From Lingula anatina (lineage: Eukaryota > Animalia > Brachiopoda), in assembly GCA_051362555.1 (NCBI GenBank), contig CM120642.1, positions 25,730,001 through 25,794,000 on the forward strand: a stretch of DNA of 64,000 nucleotides, read 5' to 3'. The notes under the pieces were generated by a model. The model saw only the letters and a list, made by a program, of their open reading frames with translations, searched no databases and was not told where the DNA came from. Position 1 is the first letter of the stretch, and every line of letters begins with the position of its first letter. The position numbers and the translations under genes are program-made. Shown here one piece after another: positions 60,201 to 64,000 of the stretch.

Positions 60201-61581
60201 TCATGTTAATATTAAAATCTGACAAAGAGCCTGTTCCAATTTTGTCAACTGTTACAGTGAAAGCTTATGCTCATAACATAATCACTTTCAGTAATATTTT
60301 GCTAATCTTTTAATAAGATCCGAATAATTCAGGAAATTTAGGTTGAGCATGTTATGTAATAATCCTGGTACCTTTCTTGCAGTTGCATTCTTGGCTGTCA
60401 TTTCTCCTGACTCTACACTCTCAGCAAACTACAAAATGAATAAATAAACAAAAACTCACAAAACTAGAAAAATAAACTTCACGGAGTTCAACAAAAATGT
60501 TTTTATTTATAAGTGGCTTATCATATAACAAAGCCAGTGAATCTTTTTGTTTTATTTACGAAATTTCATGGTAACTGTTAACTTTTAAATAATTGAAAAG
60601 TATATTTTGCTTGAATCCTGGGCATTTTGTAGTCACTTTTTTTAACATTAATAATAATGCATTATCAAAAAAAAAAGCTGTGGGATACTGTTTTGTTTAG
60701 AATAACTGAGCAGACTCTGTCAAACAAAAAAAAAAAAAAAAAAAAAAAATTGCCAACTTGCTGCAAAGCAAACAATACTGTTTGATTAAGGGAAATGATG
60801 ATTGGACCACAAAATGTATTCCAATTTTTTATCAAGATGTTGCTTTATAAACCTCACAAAGGTAGGGGAAACTGAAAAAGCATGACAAACAAACAATCGC
60901 ATGACTTATAACTAAAATGACAATGACATACAGTGAAAATAACTGTGAATAGCTTGCTTAACAGACAGACATGGACAAATACATTCATCAAGAAGCAAAA
61001 TCAAATACAGAACAGAAGGGGGAAAAAGCATTTTTCTGTAACTAATTTCATCTTCAAAGATAGAGGGACCATTCAGAATGAGAAGAGACAAGTGCTAGCT
61101 AGGCCACGACCTAAATTTGGCGGAACAACATAAAAGGAAGACCGCTTAATCCTGTGATGGTCTCTCCACCTCTCACATGCCTCCCCACAAGTCGTCCCTG
61201 CAGGGGCACAGTAATTAAATCTCTGCTCAATTCAACCGGTCGAGGGACGACACGTGGGGAGAGGTAGAGAGACCATTACAGGACTAAGTGGTCTCCCTTT
61301 CATGTTGGTCCGCCATACTTATGTCGTGGCCTAGCTAGAACTCGGCTCTTCTCATTCTAAATGGTCCCAAATACTGTTTAAAAAAAATCACCAGCTAACA
61401 GTACTCATCCTTGGCAGCATGCTAAGACAAGACTAGTCACAGATACCTTTTGTGTTGGTTTTCTCACCCGAGGCATCTTCTGCTCAGTGGCTCCCTCTGG
61501 GGTCTCTGCATCATCAGCAGCTGTTTCAACTGGAGGTTCTTCCCCATCCACCAACACTGGGGATGGTGATCTTCGCTCATG
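28857..61581 (-). CDS. GLYR1: Cytokine-like nuclear factor N-PAC / putative oxidoreductase GLYR1, 3' ten coding exons (N-terminal PWWP exons not found in window)
   Basis: Exons 61581-61447, 60428-60372, 58737-58627, 57320-57147, 31428-31318, 31026-30925, 30510-30348, 29958-29779, 29375-29251, 28931-28857; GT-AG and in phase. Motifs [67 protein letters not shown] match the beta-hydroxyacid dehydrogenase domain of NPAC, preceded by an acidic then Lys/Pro-rich linker. The three linker exons are less certain. Confidence 0.88.
29961..29999. repeat. (AAAT)n microsatellite abutting a GLYR1 splice acceptor
   Basis: Reads (TTTA)n-TTTAG on the - strand directly before exon 29958. Confidence 0.9.
32237..32403. 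mobile_element. Non-autonomous DNA transposon (MITE), 15-bp TIR, apparent 5-bp TSD
   Basis: caggcccgtagccag ... ctggctacgggcctg, flanked on both sides by ctttc. Confidence 0.85.
37707..37992. mobile_element. Degenerate palindromic (foldback/MITE-like) element
   Basis: Arms caggcctta..taggcgtttactaacactaccc..cccatattaacca versus tggttaatatggg..gggtagtgttagtaaacaccta..taaggcctg. Confidence 0.7.
38183..38226. repeat. (AAAT)n microsatellite
   Basis: Direct reading. Confidence 0.9.
38495..39008. repeat. ~140-bp inverted repeat whose second arm is flanked by a 42-bp direct repeat
   Basis: 38495-38635 is the near-exact reverse complement of 38828-38969; 38786-38827 is near-identical to 38967-39008. 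Confidence 0.9.
40178..40350. repeat. Degenerate palindromic element
   Basis: ggatcgatctatctc...tagatgtctg versus cagacatttaa...gagatggatcgatcc; preceded by taagggaccattc at 40142. Confidence 0.6.
45236..45280. repeat. (CT)n microsatellite
   Basis: Direct reading. Confidence 0.95.
46515..46657. mobile_element. Small TIR element with internal TTTCAGGATT repeats
   Basis: catgagtgaaagtt ... aactttcacccacg; three tttcaggatt copies inside. Confidence 0.45.
49458..52031 (+). CDS. LRR-Ig transmembrane protein (LIG class), 857 aa, uninterrupted CDS nested antisense in a GLYR1 intron
   Basis: Signal peptide, LRRNT CPKVCKC, ~13 LxxLxLxxN repeats, [17 protein letters not shown], Ig (CEASGFP..IVW...DGSLYI...AGKYTC), [22 protein letters not shown], helical-repeat and acidic tail. 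Splice acceptor for the exon at 49372/49373. Confidence 0.93.
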   Translation: MASALLLAITIATIVSSTTKVESCPKVCKCTEETAMCASAGLQRIPENLPQSIRTLNLSHNALTNMDNLSLYHSLVEVYLDHNEITALPHEFSPTLFHLEILSLHWNHIRELSPSLVLLPNLHQLHLSHNNIGVIDRDTTSKMKELRILDLSHNQIEAVPSEMLKNSPHLKQLDLGYNSIRNISSRAFDSLDSLTDLSLQHNEIRHLSASVFHSLHGLNTLDLSINNLQSLDSEIFAANSQLRSLSLQNNHISHINPSALSELQDLSDLDLSGNDVPYFTGDVFRKNSNLTHLNLSYSSVLDDLHWDAFQGLLSVKSIDLSHSPNLQFVHRDLFLPCLSLQVINISYSGFQNLYYEAVGRVSQLQQLHVQGNPLECSCAIRWMKNSSLVQNLPNLTCHDISINMTLSLDTVQTQDLNCTGAQITNHTKSRVFFKLGAPGRLVCEASGFPSAAIVWTTPSGRTFIHNDPWVSNVTHHHVANESFHEDHHWHDNTKEYFHDIPLEHTHLLQDGSLYIDYVTRAHAGKYTCTARNIAGNDTTVIVLRLNYTKLYEIQKMGLLVGASCAIGFLILSLSLRGIQLAAKRCCARYCRKTPPEERKGIRQILDNLDAYRTEKMDRLREGYNNQMGKIRDIKDQCSHQVEKMRDNYHSQIARIKENCSQQMERLRENYHAQLGRLKGYKSSKLIKIRENYGAQKAKIREYGVQQLKKLHENYKLQQQHLIKILETMNLDHCKGVIEAECVRTESMLFNADQLLDPSNIDTPDDLSEPPSEYMTAVSASFSDRDISDLQEYDTEDKNSTSDNSESDSQEDHQQQIQEDDIVIEVDSSVTPDNHDHIMMIDMDSEEGTDNSQKESPV
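58099..58437. mobile_element. Non-autonomous DNA transposon with TTAA TSD and AG...CT ends (Kolobok-like)
   Basis: ttaa|agtgataataactcttcgt ... acgaagagttattatcact|ttaa: 19-bp perfect TIR plus TTAA duplication. Confidence 0.8.
61065..61368. mobile_element. Long palindromic MITE-like element (GGGACCATT...AATGGTCCC)
   Basis: Imperfect complementarity over ~110-bp arms, e.g. agaatgagaagag/ctcttctcattct and ctagctaggccacgac/gtcgtggcctagctag. Confidence 0.8.
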
Positions 61582-61649
61582 CTACAAACGGACAAACAAA
61601 AATACTTAGTCAAGATAACTATCTAGGCCCATAGACAGGGTGTTCCAAA

Positions 61650-61788
61650 AGAACCCCCCTTTTTGCCTGTAAAAGGTCCCGTCTGGGTAAAATTTTATCT
61701 AGGTACATGAAGGTTTCATGGTAAAAGGTCCACTTTTTTTAGAGAAAGAACCCCCCCCCCCCTTTTGAAATTGCTGGATACGAGCCTG
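61650..61788. mobile_element. Second, inverted and truncated copy of the 32237 MITE family
   Basis: ctgggtaaaatttt..tctaggtacatgaag..aaaaggtccacttttt..aattgctggatacgagcctg is the reverse complement of the core and left TIR of 32237-32403. Confidence 0.8.
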
Positions 61789-61933
61789 CTATCAGCAAAT
61801 GTGTCTGCTATTTGCCTAGGATAGCACCCTTCCTATCACCAGCCTTTTCACATTTAATGAGTCTGAGAATTATTTATCCCTATTATTCATAGTTGCAATT
61901 TTTCAGTGTGCATTTTTCAAAAGTCCTGATGGT

Positions 61934-62009
61934 GAGGAGGAGGAGGAGGAGGTGGTGGTGGTGGTGGTGTGTGTGTGTTGTGTGTGTGTGTGTGTGTGTG
62001 TGTGGGGGG
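61934..62009. repeat. Compound (GAG)n(GTG)n(GT)n microsatellite
   Basis: Direct reading. Confidence 0.9.
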
Positions 62010-64000
62010 GAACGACACTTTGCCAGGCAGCAGCCATCAAGCTAACCAATTGTTAGACAAAACCATCATTAGTGGGGACCAGAATAATGGGCTCAGACTT
62101 AAGAACATATCTTTCTGAAGTCTTCACTTTCTCAAAGAGTGAAAACTAAATTTGCTCTACCAATTATCTTTTTTTTTAATGTTTATAAGATAGGGTTTAT
62201 ATATTTACAAAGACAAGAAGGTAAAATTTTACCAGATTCACATTTTTGCTCATAACAGAACAGTAGCCAAGATTTTAAAGGTTAGCAGTTGAAAGTAGAA
62301 TTCCTCAAATCTGTATAACCACTAGTGTCATATGTCTTTTAACAGGAAACTAAAAATATCCAGCAAATGTCAGACAGTTATAGACGTTCACATGTAACCA
62401 TATTCAACCAGAGTCAATCTTAGGTGCATGACCTAAACATGATCTGCATATAAAAGAAGTCTAGTCCAGCCCTAGCATCTGTTCTGTATGACTGAACCAT
62501 TATCTATTATCCAAAAATACCACACCTTATGATACCACACAAAAGATTATAACTCTTAAAAATAACTAGGAGTTTATATGAAGCAATACAATCATATAGG
62601 TCATATCGAAATATAACTTATATTATTGCTCAACCATGACTTAAATATACCATGCACACAAAATTTAAATAGGAATAATAATGTGTCATTATGTAGAGAT
62701 TGCTATGAATTTCATGATGACAAAAAGAACTGCAAAATACTGAACAAAAAATAAATAAATAAATAAATAAATCTTTGATACAGTAGTTTGAATAAAAGGA
62801 AATGGTAACACTGGGTAATGGATATCATTATCAATGCAAATGCAGCATTACCACGACCAAAAATCTGTATTAGTTATATATTCTGCACATATAATTGGCC
62901 ACCTATCCCTTTAAACTGTCAGCCAGAGACAAGGAACACTCACATCAAGCATGACCTTTGCTTTTGATGATCTTACAAAGATGACAGGAATGACCCAGTT
63001 TCATTCTATGAGTCATTTAACTGTAACTGTTCTTTTTTTTTTTTTTTTTTTTGTCCTTGGTATTTTATGTCAAATAACACTGATACTTTCAAGAAAAACG
63101 GCTAATGTAACACAGGAGATCACATTTCAAATAGTTCAATGCAGCAAAACTGGTTTAACTCTGAACATATAATAATAGTTAGTGGAAAGATGAACACAGT
63201 CAGTTAATGAACGAAATAATCGTGACTGACAAATCAGTTTACTAGTAGAGTGCCATTGTTATCAGGTACATACAGACTAAGTTAAACTTAGTAAATACAA
63301 TTTAATGAGGTGAGGAAACTGAAATAAAAACTTTTTTAAATCTGGCAAACAAATAAATAACACAAAACTTTACAAAGCAAACAAATACCAAGACAATGAA
63401 TGGAATTTTCATTTAAACATTCAAAACGCAAATAACTTTCATCATTTTTATCAAACAATCAACATTTCCCAGAGACATCAGCTTTCTGGTTACATGAAAA
63501 TCAAATCTTAAGGGTTAATAAGTTCACAGAGACAAAAATAGTGCACAAGATGATATACACAGCATTTTGAAAATAAAGATACAGTAATGTTTCAGTGTTT
63601 CTGGTAAACTTTAGTTAGTATAGGGTTAAGCTACATCAAACGAACAAACAAAGTTTTATTTTAAAAATCAAGGAAATAATCTGGGTTAAAAAGACTATAC
63701 ACAAAACAGGGTTTGGTTAGTTTGATGAAACAAAGGGAAATGAAAACTCATTTTAATTTACTCACATTTTTGAAAAGTCTTTTTCTTTTCATTTTCTAGC
63801 AAAAAAAAAAGTGAAAACAGAAGAATACTTAAATCTGTTTTGCATAAACTCTGTTTTCAAATTTGATACCACGAGTTGCCAACATATGTAAATCTTTCCA
63901 CATAAATGTAAACTTAAAAAAGATTTGAATAAAATACATGTCAACAAATATCTATAATAGGCACTGCTTGGTTGCATTAGTATCTACATCTAAAATAGCA

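Overview
AT-rich, intron-containing animal DNA; an invertebrate, probably a lophotrochozoan such as a mollusc (inference from gene content only). All gene models below were spliced by hand and are unconfirmed by transcripts. Left part (1-26.3 kb): a tandem array of chitin-binding (CBM14/peritrophin-A) mucin genes on the + strand. It comprises a 5'-truncated gene A, an orphan signal-peptide exon whose second exon is deleted, a 2-exon gene B, and a 9-exon ~2423-aa transmembrane gene C (CBM14x4 - PTS mucin - SEA - cbEGF - EGF - TM - long tail). Woven through this array on the - strand, and essentially missed by the ORF track, is a 3-exon gene for a ~148-aa secreted Cys-rich protein ending in CGPNFCCCRSK. 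Its intact exons 2-3 lie at 3.6-4.4 kb, its local exon 1 is dead, and a phase-compatible intact exon 1 lies at 12.8 kb inside the first intron of gene C, implying interleaved antisense genes built by reciprocal loss among duplicated units. A 5'-truncated L2/CR1-group LINE also sits in gene C intron 1. Right part (28.9-64 kb): the 3' ten coding exons of GLYR1/NPAC on the - strand. Its 25.7-kb intron hosts an opposite-strand LRR-Ig-TM receptor gene with an uninterrupted CDS, plus several MITE-like or palindromic elements and a locally templated inverted insertion.
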